A stretch of DNA of 64,000 bases from an uncultured Planctomycetales bacterium (GTDB lineage: Bacteria; Omnitrophota; Gorgyraeia; Zapsychrales; JAHFFX01), in contig CAZUJQ010000001.1 in NCBI GenBank assembly GCA_964620805.1, positions 7,618 through 71,617 of the forward strand. The letters are read 5' to 3'. Both the position numbers and the translations under genes were made by a program. Shown piece after piece: positions 20,753 through 29,626 of this stretch. Numbering within the stretch: position 1 is the first letter of the stretch; the number at the start of each line of letters is the position of its first letter. The notes below the pieces were generated by a model, which ran no database searches, was not told where the DNA came from, and worked only from the letters and a program-made list of their open reading frames with translations.

Positions 20753-20917
20753 CCTTTTTTCTCTAAGGGAGCCTGGCTGTGTCCCGCGCGCAGTTCCGCA
20801 GCTCCCGAAGGGAGCGAGGATGTTTGCCCGCCGCGGCTTTCGCCTGAAGCGGCGGGCCGGGGAGCACGGGGCACAGCCAGGCTCCCTTCCTGGGAGGAGG
20901 TTATGAAACGGCTTCTA
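20736..20917. mobile_element. MITE with GAAC..GTTTCATAA termini, TA flanks and a palindromic GC-rich core
   Basis: ta-gaactggtttcataacc ... ggttatgaaacggcttc-ta; inner aagggagcctggctgtg/cacagccaggctccctt; sibling at 49116-49257. Confidence 0.82.
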
Positions 20918-20935
20918 GAAAAAATGGAGGTGTAG

Positions 20936-21184
20936 ATGAATCCCTATCTTACCGTTGGATTGACGGCTTTGTTTCTCAATATCCCTTTGGGGTATATCCG
21001 CGAAGGGTACCGGAAATTTTCTTTCCTATGGCTTTTCTGGATCCATGCCTCGATTCCCTTGCTGATTTTCCTGCGCATGAAATTAGGAATATCCCCTTGG
21101 TTTATTCCGGTGAGTATTGCACTGGCGGTCGTGGGACAAGTTTTGGGCAGCCGTTATCGCCGGAGAAAAGCCCTGACCTTATGA
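20936..21184 (+). CDS. Small membrane protein (NIPLGY..R.FS..W..IHASIP family)
   Basis: RBS GGAGG; three hydrophobic segments; stop coupled (ATGA) to hemH start. Confidence 0.7.
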   Translation: MNPYLTVGLTALFLNIPLGYIREGYRKFSFLWLFWIHASIPLLIFLRMKLGISPWFIPVSIALAVVGQVLGSRYRRRKALTL

Positions 21185-22386
21185 AAGAGACGGCGAAGAA
21201 ATGGGTCACACCCCATTTTAATAAGGAGCTTGAGTTTGGCACTTTTTCGGGCTTTTGGGCCGTATTTTCAGGTAGTTCTCGTCGAGAAAGCAATTTTGTG
21301 GTATCGAAAACCTGTTTTTGCGATCCGAGAGACTTTTCCGACGACAAATTCGAAAATTTGCCAAACTCAAGTAAGGAGATTAAAAGAAAAATGGGGTGTG
21401 ACCCCAAATCGATCGATGATCATCAAGTGATGGTTGTGCTCCTCAACATGGGAGGGCCTCAGAATACCCAAGAGGTGGCCGGCTTCTTGAAGCGCTTGTT
21501 TTCCGATCGCCTCATCATCCGGTTTCCGTTATCCTTTCTTTTGCAGCCGGTCTTCGCTAATCTTATGGTTTTCTTCCGGGGCAAAGACTCCGAGCGGCGT
21601 TACGGCTTGATCGGCGGAGGAAGCCCGATTTTGCCCTCCACGCTCAACCAGGCTCAGGCCCTCGAGCAAGAATTAAACAAAAGAGGAAGAGACCTGGCGG
21701 TTGTGATCTGTTTTAATTACAGCCCGCCTTTTCCCGAACAGACCGTTGCCGAGATCAAAAAGTCCGGCAAGACGCATGTCTTGCCGCTCAGTCTCTATCC
21801 CCATTATTCCAAAGCCACGACCGGCTCTAGTCTTTATCATTTAAAGAAGGCGGCCGAGAAGGATTGCCCGGAAGTCACGTTCCTGGAGACCCCCTCGTAC
21901 CACCTCGCTGATCCTTACATCGAAGCGTTGGTTGAACGGATCCACCAACAGCTTAAGCCCCATGAGGTCCTGGAGGATTTTTATCTTTTATTCACGGCCC
22001 ATGGCCTGCCGCTATATTTCCTGATGGAAGGGGACCCTTATCCTTTTGAGATCAATCAGACCGTGGTCAAGATACTGGATCGGCTGGGCCGCACAGACGA
22101 ATGGGCGATTTCGTATCAGAGCGCGGTGGGCCCGATGCGCTGGCTGGAGCCCACAACTAAAACGATGATCCACGCCTTGGCCACGCGAGGAGTTAAAAAG
22201 CTCATCGCGGTTCCCATTTCCTTTGTCACGGATCATATCGAGACGCTCTGTGAGATCGATATGGAATACCGGGCCCTAGCGGAGGGTTTAGGGATAGAGG
22301 ATTTCCGGATGAGCCGGGCCCTGGAATGTCATCCGGCATTTATCGAGGCTTTGGCCGATTGTGTGGAGGGTTTGTTGAAACATTAA
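21181..22386 (+). CDS. hemH: Ferrochelatase with repeat-derived N-terminal extension
   Basis: VLLNMGGP, YGLIGGGSP, LYPHYS..TTGSS, FTAHGLP, YQSAVGP, FVTDHIETL; start 21181 (coupled) or 21391. Confidence 0.92.
   Translation: MKETAKKWVTPHFNKELEFGTFSGFWAVFSGSSRRESNFVVSKTCFCDPRDFSDDKFENLPNSSKEIKRKMGCDPKSIDDHQVMVVLLNMGGPQNTQEVAGFLKRLFSDRLIIRFPLSFLLQPVFANLMVFFRGKDSERRYGLIGGGSPILPSTLNQAQALEQELNKRGRDLAVVICFNYSPPFPEQTVAEIKKSGKTHVLPLSLYPHYSKATTGSSLYHLKKAAEKDCPEVTFLETPSYHLADPYIEALVERIHQQLKPHEVLEDFYLLFTAHGLPLYFLMEGDPYPFEINQTVVKILDRLGRTDEWAISYQSAVGPMRWLEPTTKTMIHALATRGVKKLIAVPISFVTDHIETLCEIDMEYRALAEGLGIEDFRMSRALECHPAFIEALADCVEGLLKH
21229..21371. mobile_element. 143-bp MITE with 13-bp TIR (CTTGAGTTTGGCA) and 7-bp target duplication TAAGGAG
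   Basis: taaggag|cttgagtttggca ... tgccaaactcaag|taaggag read directly from sequence. Confidence 0.88.
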
Positions 22387-22463
22387 CCTATTATCTGAAA
22401 AACCCAATCTCCACTTTGGTGCTGGATACTGGATTCTTGATGCTAGATAGAAAGGAGAACGCC

Positions 22464-22784
22464 ATGTCTTGGTTTAAGATTGTCCTTTTGATTTATGGTT
22501 TGCTCATGCTGGTCGGCGGATACATGGGTTGGGCCAAGGCTGCCAGCAAGGCCTCTTTAATTGCCGGTGTGCTTTCTTCTGTCCTTATATTTCTTGGTAC
22601 TTATCTTTTAGGGATCAACGCCAAGGTCGGTCAGATTGTGGTGACCGTGGTTAGCGGGCTTTTGTCGTTGATTTTTGTAATGCGGTTTCTCAAAACCCAG
22701 GCCTTTATGCCCGCGGGTCTGCTGCTTTTGCTCAGTGTGGCGGTTTTTGCGTTGTGCTTGAGTCAGGTTTTACGAAAAGTCTAA
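22464..22784 (+). CDS. TMEM14 family membrane protein
   Basis: YGLLMLVGGYMGWAKAASKASLIAG, RFLKTQAFMPAG signature; RBS AAGGAG. Confidence 0.85.
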   Translation: MSWFKIVLLIYGLLMLVGGYMGWAKAASKASLIAGVLSSVLIFLGTYLLGINAKVGQIVVTVVSGLLSLIFVMRFLKTQAFMPAGLLLLLSVAVFALCLSQVLRKV

Positions 22785-22806
22785 AAAAATCGAAAGGGAG
22801 GAGATT

Positions 22807-23205
22807 ATGCGTCAAGAAGCCAAAAGGTGGCTCCATCAAGCACAGGCGGATCTAGAGGCGGCAGAAGATAGCCTGGAAGATGGCCATTACGAATGGAGCT
22901 GTTTTCAGGCTCAACAGAGCGCTGAAAAATCTCTCAAGGCTTATCTTTACAATCTAGGATATACGTCACTTATGAGTCACTCGATAAAAATGTTGGTAAA
23001 AGAGGCTATTCATAAGCAAAAGGGGTTTGCGCAATGCGAAGAGGCCTCACGGGCCCTGGATAATTACTATATCCCCACGAGGTATCCTAATGGTCTAGAT
23101 CAAGATAAAGCTCCTGCAGAGTACTACGATGTGGAGGATGCCAAAACATGCTTAAAGTATGCAACATTGATATTGAACACCGTGAAGAAGTATATAAAAG
23201 ATTAA
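22807..23205 (+). CDS. HEPN domain protein
   Basis: WLHQAQADL, SCFQAQQSAEKSLKAYL, HSI..L, YIPTRYP. Confidence 0.9.
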   Translation: MRQEAKRWLHQAQADLEAAEDSLEDGHYEWSCFQAQQSAEKSLKAYLYNLGYTSLMSHSIKMLVKEAIHKQKGFAQCEEASRALDNYYIPTRYPNGLDQDKAPAEYYDVEDAKTCLKYATLILNTVKKYIKD

Positions 23206-23477
23206 GGCAGTTTGTCCGGAGACTCCGTAAGAAGTTCTCCATCCAGGAAATCTATCTTTTCGGTTCCGCTGCGAGAGGAGAGCTTCACGAAGGAAGCGAT
23301 CTCGACGTCTTGATTGTTGGAGATTTTAAAGGAAGGATATTCGATCGCATAGGGGAAGTCCTTAAGCTTACAGATTTGCCCATAGAACCGCTGGTTTATA
23401 CACCAAAGGAGTTTGAAAGGCTGAGGTCCCAGAATGCGTTTATTAAAAATATTTTTAGAACAGGGAAAAAACTTTAG
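23148..23477 (+). CDS. Minimal nucleotidyltransferase (MNT)
   Basis: IYLFGSAARG...SDLDVLIV, VYTPKEF; overlaps HEPN gene. Confidence 0.9.
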   Translation: MLKVCNIDIEHREEVYKRLRQFVRRLRKKFSIQEIYLFGSAARGELHEGSDLDVLIVGDFKGRIFDRIGEVLKLTDLPIEPLVYTPKEFERLRSQNAFIKNIFRTGKKL

Positions 23478-23486
23478 GTGTGTCCC

Positions 23487-24407
23487 ATGGCAGCTTATGT
23501 CCCCCACAGTGAAGAGAAATCCGAAAAGTCCGTTATCGGCGTCATTGTCCATTCCTTTTTTGTGATTCCCTTCTTGATCGCGGTCTTCAGCGTGCTTTTG
23601 TTTGCCGGTGTCCGCATCCTGACCATGGAGCAAAAAACCGCCTATGACCTCTTAAACGACGTCAAGATCGGCAGCCTCACCAAACGCTGGCAATCGGCCT
23701 TTGAGCTCTCCAAGATTTTGGCCAATCCTGCCTTCAACCTTAAGGAAGAGCGGTTTGATGCCGAGCTGATCAGTGCCTTTGAGCAATCCCAACACGATGA
23801 TGACCGTGTCCGTCAGTATCTCGCCCTGGCCATGGGCCGAAGCGGCAAGGATAAATTTGTGGACGTGCTTTTGAGCGCTCTGCAAAAGGAAAAAGAAGAG
23901 AATCTTTACGCCCTGATTTATGCCCTAGGAATTTTGAAGTCGCCGAAAGCTGTGGCCGGCATTTCCGGATATTTGGAGCATCCCAATCCCCAGGTCCGTT
24001 TGGTTGTGGCCATGGCCTTGGGCAATATCGAAGATCCGGCCGCGGTTCCTTTGTTGAAAAAAACATTGAACGATTCCGAGCCCAATGTACAATGGGACAC
24101 AGCCATTTCCCTGGCAAAGCTGGGAGATGACTCCGGCCGGGCCATCCTCTTAAATTTACTCAATCGGAATTATCTGGCAAAATTTCCTGAAGTGGATCTC
24201 GAGGAACAGACGCATGTTCTTTTGGTGACGATTGAGGCGGCCGGCCGCTTGGATGATCCCAATCTCAATCAAGCGATCGCCACTCTGGCCCAATCGGACC
24301 AGAACATGAATGTGCGGAAATTGGCGATGGAAATTTCGCAAGGAAGTAGCAAGAAAGTAGAGAGTAGCAAGGAGAGAGTAGAGAGTAATACATGGAAAGG
24401 GGATTAA
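23487..24407 (+). CDS. Membrane-anchored HEAT-repeat protein upstream of Rieske gene
   Basis: TM helix then HEAT repeats (VRQYLALAMG, VRLVVAMALG, VQWDTAISLA). Confidence 0.8.
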   Translation: MAAYVPHSEEKSEKSVIGVIVHSFFVIPFLIAVFSVLLFAGVRILTMEQKTAYDLLNDVKIGSLTKRWQSAFELSKILANPAFNLKEERFDAELISAFEQSQHDDDRVRQYLALAMGRSGKDKFVDVLLSALQKEKEENLYALIYALGILKSPKAVAGISGYLEHPNPQVRLVVAMALGNIEDPAAVPLLKKTLNDSEPNVQWDTAISLAKLGDDSGRAILLNLLNRNYLAKFPEVDLEEQTHVLLVTIEAAGRLDDPNLNQAIATLAQSDQNMNVRKLAMEISQGSSKKVESSKERVESNTWKGD

Positions 24408-24495
24408 AATATTTGATGGTCGAAACTCCCCAAGGGTTCAAATATTTCAAAACCAGGAGTAGACTTCATTACTCCCTACTTTCTACTCTCTACTA
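24345..24495. repeat. Inverted heptamer array (AGTAGAG / CTCTACT) overlapping HEAT gene 3' end
   Basis: agtagcaagaaagtagagagtagcaaggagagagtagagagtaa ... ttactccctactttctactctctact. Confidence 0.75.
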
Positions 24496-24512
24496 AGATA
24501 AACTGGAGAAAC

Positions 24513-25112
24513 ATGAATTCCGAACAAACCCAGGCCCAGAAACCTCAACTCCCTGCAGGAACTCCAGCGCTGCCTGCTCAAAGTCCGACGTTAAATAAGC
24601 CTGAAGGAGCTGCCAATCTGACCGAGCCCATCGACCGCCGGACCTTTATCAAATGGTCGGCCTTGGGCTGGACGGCGTTTGCCGCGGTGGTGGGTGGCTA
24701 TGCGACCGCGGCGATGCGGTTTATGTTTCCCAACGTCTTGTTTGAGCCGGTCCAATCGTTCCGGGCCGGCTTTCCGGATGAATATACGGTGGGAGAGGTC
24801 TCTGAGCGCTGGAAGAACAAATACGGGGTCTGGATCGTCCGGGAGACCGATAAGGTTTACGCGTTATCCACTGTCTGCACCCATCTGGGCTGCACGCCCA
24901 ATTGGCTGGCCAATGATAATAAGTTCAAATGCCCCTGTCATGGGAGCGGATTTTATAAAACCGGGATCAATTTTGAAGGCCCGGCGCCCCGGCCTCTGGA
25001 GCGTTTTAAGATCACCCTGGCGGACGACGGCCAAATCGTGGTGGACAAGACCAGAAAGTTCCAGCAGGAAAAAGGCGAGTGGAGCGATCCGGAGTCGTTT
25101 TTGGTGGTGTGA
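24513..25112 (+). CDS. Rieske Fe-S subunit of quinol:cytochrome c reductase (QcrA-like)
   Basis: Tat motif DRRTFIK, CTHLGC, CPCHGSGF, GPAPRPL. Confidence 0.93.
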   Translation: MNSEQTQAQKPQLPAGTPALPAQSPTLNKPEGAANLTEPIDRRTFIKWSALGWTAFAAVVGGYATAAMRFMFPNVLFEPVQSFRAGFPDEYTVGEVSERWKNKYGVWIVRETDKVYALSTVCTHLGCTPNWLANDNKFKCPCHGSGFYKTGINFEGPAPRPLERFKITLADDGQIVVDKTRKFQQEKGEWSDPESFLVV

Positions 25113-25224
25113 CCTACTCAAGCCGCGTTGGGTGAGGGTCAATTTCCCAGCCGGCTGGGATTTCTTGTTGGTGACCTCCCCACCCGCGTAGGGTGAATGA
25201 GGTAGAGGCAGGGAGATAAAATCA

Positions 25225-26769
25225 ATGCGAAACCCACTGCTCATTTTCGCTTCTCTTGTGACAGCCAACCTGATATCCATTCCCTTGGCTTTTACCGAGA
25301 CTTTATTCGATCTCATGAATAAGAACCCCGACATCCAGGAAATTCAGACCTTCATCACTCAACATCCTCAAAGTCTCCGCGAGCAAGATGACGAAGGGAA
25401 ATTCCTGATTCATCGGGCGGTTGAGCAATGCTCCATCCCTATCCTTATGGTCCTTTTAGAGGCTGGGGCCGATATTCAAGCGGAAGATCCCCCAAAATAT
25501 ATTCCCACCCCGCTTCATCTGGCCGTGCGAAGTTGCGATAAAGCGGTGGTGGAGTTTTTACTGGATCGGGGAGCGGACGTAAATGCCAAAACCGACCATG
25601 ATCTTTACACACCGTTACACTTTGCAGTGGCCAAGCCAAATAATCGAGAGATCATTGCCGTACTTTTAAAGAAAGGCGCGGATATCAACGCCAAGACAAC
25701 GCTCACGGAGACAACGCCGTTAAGCCGTGCCGTTGAACTTGGCGATCTCGAGACAGTCCAGTTTCTTATTGCCCAAGGCGCGGATGTCAATCTTAAACAC
25801 GAATACGGGCATCCGATCCTTTACATAGCTGTAGAGGCCGGAAACAGAGAGATCGTGGAATTTTTAGTTGCTAAGGGAGCGGATATTGATGACGGATACC
25901 CCTTGATGGCGGCAGTCCAGAGAGATAACAAAGATTTAGCAGAATACCTTTTGAATAAGGGAGAGAAAGTCGATGGAGAAAAACCGGGCGGTTATACGGC
26001 ATTAATGGCTGCTGGCGGCACGGAGGATATCGATCTTGCAATGCTTCTTATTAAGAAAGGAGCGAATGTCAATGCCAGGACCGACAGCGGTTGGACCCCA
26101 CTGCACTTTGTTGCTTCCACGGGAAATACAAGGACGGCTCAACTCTTGATTGAACGGGGGGCTTTAGTCAACGAAAAAGACATGAATGGCCAGACTCCGG
26201 CCTCGCTGGCCATGTGGGCTGGGCAAAAGAATTTACTGGAATTTTTCATCAATCACGGCGCCGAGGTCGGTGCCTTGGAATTGGTGGCTTTAGGGCGTGT
26301 GGAAGAATTAAAGAATCATCCTCAACTGGCGGAGCTTCTTCGCTATCACGATGCCCTTTCCCAAACGGCGTTGCATTTAGCCGCCATGCACGGCCAGGTC
26401 GAGGTGATAGAATTTCTTCTGGAACAAGGGGTGGCAGTTAATGCCGCAAACGGCATAGGGGAAACACCCCTGCATATGGCCGTGCAGCAAGGGCACCGTG
26501 AGGCTGCGGCATTTTTGATAGATCATGGCGCCAATGTCAACGCCCAGCGTATACAAGATCTTTATGGGGAAGGAGGCCAGACCCCTTTGCATCTGGCGGT
26601 CAAGAAGGGCGATTCTGCTATGGTAGAGATTCTGATGAACAAAGGAGCGGATGCTGAGATTAAGGATCAGTTTGGCGAGACGCCTCGTCAACTGGCGCAA
26701 AGGAAAAAAGACGAGAAGCTATTGAGAGTTTTGGAAGAAGCGAAACCAATAAAAAAACAGAATCCATAA
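25225..26769 (+). CDS. Ankyrin repeat protein with putative signal peptide
   Basis: Many TPLHLA..GADVNA repeats; hydrophobic N-terminus. Confidence 0.92.
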   Translation: MRNPLLIFASLVTANLISIPLAFTETLFDLMNKNPDIQEIQTFITQHPQSLREQDDEGKFLIHRAVEQCSIPILMVLLEAGADIQAEDPPKYIPTPLHLAVRSCDKAVVEFLLDRGADVNAKTDHDLYTPLHFAVAKPNNREIIAVLLKKGADINAKTTLTETTPLSRAVELGDLETVQFLIAQGADVNLKHEYGHPILYIAVEAGNREIVEFLVAKGADIDDGYPLMAAVQRDNKDLAEYLLNKGEKVDGEKPGGYTALMAAGGTEDIDLAMLLIKKGANVNARTDSGWTPLHFVASTGNTRTAQLLIERGALVNEKDMNGQTPASLAMWAGQKNLLEFFINHGAEVGALELVALGRVEELKNHPQLAELLRYHDALSQTALHLAAMHGQVEVIEFLLEQGVAVNAANGIGETPLHMAVQQGHREAAAFLIDHGANVNAQRIQDLYGEGGQTPLHLAVKKGDSAMVEILMNKGADAEIKDQFGETPRQLAQRKKDEKLLRVLEEAKPIKKQNP

Positions 26770-26827
26770 GAAATCACATCCAAATCAGCAGTTAGAAATG
26801 ATCAATAACTAAAAGTCGGAGGAATTC

Positions 26828-27628
26828 ATGGCCGAAGACCAGCCCCAGCAAAAAAAGAGCCTCTACGAACGGCTGCAGGAGATGCCGGTCTGGAAATCGA
26901 TTTTTCGCACCGGCCTGCCCACGACCCGCCGGCAGCGGATGATGATCGTTTTAAACAATGTTTTTCTGCACCTTCATCCCGTGAGGCTGCCCAAACACGC
27001 CGTGAAGATCAAATACACCTGGTGCATGGGCGGGCTTTCCTTTTTCGTGTTTCTGGTTTTGACCGTGACCGGGATTCTTTTGATGTTTTATTACCGTCCG
27101 ACCGTGGAGTACGCCTACGGAGACATCATGGACTTAAGAGAGCAGGTACCTTTGGGAATCATGCGGGAGATCCACCGCTGGGGCGCGCACCTCATGGTCA
27201 TTACGGTATGGCTGCATATGTTCCGGGTTTTTATGACCGGCTCCTACAAACCCCCCCGCGAATTCAATTGGACCGTGGGGGTTGTGCTTTTGGTTTTGAC
27301 CATGCTTTTGAGTTTTACCGGATATCTTTTGCCCTGGGATCAGCTTGCCATCTGGGCGATCACCGTGGGATCCAACATGGCGGGCGCAACGCCCTTCTTA
27401 GGCGCCTCGGGCCCGGGTTCCGCGCTCCTTGCGATTGGCGATATCAATTTTATTCACTCCGGAAGCGATGCCCGGTTTGCGCTTTTGGGCGGGCGCTTTG
27501 TGGGGGAGGGTGCGCTTCTTCGTTTTTACGTCCTGCATTGCATCGGACTGCCTTTTATCATCATGATTTTCATGATCGTGCATTTTTGGAGAGTTCGTAA
27601 AGATGGAGGGATATCAGGACCTACTTAA
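26828..27628 (+). CDS. Cytochrome b N-terminal (b6-like, QcrB-like)
   Basis: [43 protein letters not shown]; ends GISGP. Confidence 0.93.
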   Translation: MAEDQPQQKKSLYERLQEMPVWKSIFRTGLPTTRRQRMMIVLNNVFLHLHPVRLPKHAVKIKYTWCMGGLSFFVFLVLTVTGILLMFYYRPTVEYAYGDIMDLREQVPLGIMREIHRWGAHLMVITVWLHMFRVFMTGSYKPPREFNWTVGVVLLVLTMLLSFTGYLLPWDQLAIWAITVGSNMAGATPFLGASGPGSALLAIGDINFIHSGSDARFALLGGRFVGEGALLRFYVLHCIGLPFIIMIFMIVHFWRVRKDGGISGPT

Positions 27629-27762
27629 TTTCCAATGACCAATTTCCAATGATCAAACAATTTCCAAATTCCAATACCCAAATCCAAGACGATAACTCTT
27701 TTGGTCATTGGGATTTTGTTATTGAATATTGTTTGGGATTGGGAAATTGGGATTTGGAATTT
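27627..27762. repeat. Inverted heptamer array (family of 3575-3713)
   Basis: tttccaatgaccaatttccaatgatcaaacaatttccaaattcc ... ttggtcattgggattttgttattgaatattgtttgggattgggaaattgg. Confidence 0.85.
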
Positions 27763-27776
27763 TATGACTAATTCCC

Positions 27777-28889
27777 ATGGAGTCCATAAAACACTTCATC
27801 AACACCATCTCCAGCCCCAAGATCATGTTCACCCTGATCCTGGCGTCGTTTTTCTTTATTTTCCCACCGAACGACCGCCTTTACGCGATTCATAAAAAGC
27901 TCGGCTTAGACAAGATCTGGACGCCGAGAGGAGGGCTGATTCTTTTCCTGGTTCTTATCGGGTTTTTTATTTTCGGCTTGACCGATGGGAATTTCCGGCT
28001 GATTGTTACCAAGCCCGATAACGTCCCCATCGTGGGGCTTATCTTTTTGACCTTTTCCTTTTTGTGGCTTTCCCTGTCCCAGGCCAGGGAAAATGACCAG
28101 CGCCTGGCCGAGGGCAAGAGACCCAAGGAAGCCGACGACAAAGAGAAGGTCCTGGTCTGGCCGGATTTGGTCTACGTTGAGTTTATCTCTTTGATTGTGT
28201 GCGCGGCGCTTTTGATCGTGTGGTCGATTCTTTTGCCAGCGCCTTTGGAGGAGCCGGCCAATCCTACGGTATCTCCGAACCCCTCGAAAGCACCCTGGTA
28301 TTTTCTCGGGCTTCAGGAGATGCTCGTCTATTTTGATCCCTGGATCGCCGGGGTCTTATTTCCCACGGTCATCATCCTGGGGATGATGTCCATTCCTTTT
28401 ATTGATACCAATCCCAAAGGTCAGGGCTACTTTAGTTTTAAAGACCGGAAGATGGCGGTCTCCATATTTTTGTTTTTCTGGCTGGTCTTGTGGGTCTTTC
28501 TTATTGTGGTGGGCACGTTTCTCCGCGGGCCCAACTGGAATTTCTTCGGCCCCTTTGAGTACTGGGATGTGCACAAGCTGGAGGCCCTGACCAACGTGAA
28601 TCTTTCAGAGTTGATCTACATGATTGTTTTGAAGCGTGGCTTGCCCCAAAACATCCTCTTGCGCGAGATCGGCGGGTTTCTGGTCATCGGAGGGTATTTC
28701 TTAGGATTGCCGCCGCTTTTGGCCAAGACCTGTTTTAAAGATTTGTATCAGCGCCTGGGGCCGGTGCGTTACAGCATTTTTGCCGTGCTTTTGCTGATGG
28801 CGATCGGCCTTCCGATCAAGATGTATCTGCGCTGGGCGTTTAATATCAAATATCTGATTGCGATTCCGGAGTTCTTTTTTAATATCTGA
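27777..28889 (+). CDS. Cytochrome b C-terminal / subunit IV-like, extended with extra TM helices
   Basis: WPDLVY, APLEEPANP..PNPSKAPWYFLGLQE, IPFID, GTFLRGPNW. Confidence 0.88.
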   Translation: MESIKHFINTISSPKIMFTLILASFFFIFPPNDRLYAIHKKLGLDKIWTPRGGLILFLVLIGFFIFGLTDGNFRLIVTKPDNVPIVGLIFLTFSFLWLSLSQARENDQRLAEGKRPKEADDKEKVLVWPDLVYVEFISLIVCAALLIVWSILLPAPLEEPANPTVSPNPSKAPWYFLGLQEMLVYFDPWIAGVLFPTVIILGMMSIPFIDTNPKGQGYFSFKDRKMAVSIFLFFWLVLWVFLIVVGTFLRGPNWNFFGPFEYWDVHKLEALTNVNLSELIYMIVLKRGLPQNILLREIGGFLVIGGYFLGLPPLLAKTCFKDLYQRLGPVRYSIFAVLLLMAIGLPIKMYLRWAFNIKYLIAIPEFFFNI

Positions 28890-28890
28890 T

Positions 28891-29481
28891 ATGGATAATG
28901 AGCAAGTTGTGGTTTTTATCGATGGGACCAATCTTTCCAAAGGACTAAAGGAATGCTACGGAATTGAGCGTCTTGACATCCTGGCCTACAGTAAATTCTT
29001 AGCAAAAGGAAGGACATTACGAGGCATTTATTATGCTGAGGCCCCTTATCTCCAAGAGCGAGGAATCAATAGTTACCGAAATCAAATGATTTATCTGGCA
29101 CATATACGAAAGATAAAAGGTCTGGTTTATCGAAAGGGATATTATAGTAAATGGACCACGCCTCCTACTGAGAAAATGACAGATGTCAATCTAGCCGTTG
29201 ATATGGTCGATCTATGCCACCGGAATGAGTGTGATACGGCTTTCATTATTTCTGGTGATGCAGATCTTTGTCCGGCTATTGATGTGTTGGTGAGGGAAGG
29301 GAAAAAAGTCATAATCGTCTATTTTGATAATGCAAAACGAAATGCCTATGCCCTTCGAAAGCATGCAGGAGGGTTGTTTATGAATATCACGAGGACCGTG
29401 GCGGAAAAATTCAAATGGGAACCACCTAAAAAAGAACCAGAGCCCGAAGGCTCTGGTGGCACTATGTCCAAAATGACATAG
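28891..29481 (+). CDS. NYN domain (LabA/DUF88, PIN-like) ribonuclease
   Basis: VFIDGTN, EKMTDVNLAVD, ISGDADL acidic catalytic motifs; AT-richer than neighbours. Confidence 0.9.
   Translation: MDNEQVVVFIDGTNLSKGLKECYGIERLDILAYSKFLAKGRTLRGIYYAEAPYLQERGINSYRNQMIYLAHIRKIKGLVYRKGYYSKWTTPPTEKMTDVNLAVDMVDLCHRNECDTAFIISGDADLCPAIDVLVREGKKVIIVYFDNAKRNAYALRKHAGGLFMNITRTVAEKFKWEPPKKEPEPEGSGGTMSKMT
29428..29457 (-). terminator. Intrinsic terminator on minus strand inside NYN 3' end
   Basis: Minus strand ACCAGAGCC-TTCG-GGCTCTGGT followed by TCTTTTTT. Confidence 0.8.
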
Positions 29482-29556
29482 TGTGCGTAGAGGTATTATG
29501 TAATCACATCATTGTACTTTGAAATCATATAATGTCATATTATATACCATGCCATA
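29428..29556 (-). ncRNA. Predicted ~125-130 nt antisense sRNA convergent on NYN gene
   Basis: Bounded by minus-strand promoter (29590-29562) and terminator; two perfect 9-bp stems. Confidence 0.55.
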
Positions 29557-29561
29557 CCATA

Positions 29562-29590
29562 AATATAATATTGAGAGCCCATTTCGTCAA
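29562..29590 (-). promoter_or_regulatory. Sigma70-type promoter on minus strand
   Basis: TTGACG (29590-29585), 17 bp, TATATT (29567-29562). Confidence 0.65.
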
Positions 29591-29626
29591 GCCCCTTTTT
29601 ATGGGGTTTTCATTTAAGAGGATTTT

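Noticed and set aside
21028-21180. hemH start at 21028
   Set aside because: Overlaps the small membrane gene out of frame; ATGA coupling points to 21181 or later.
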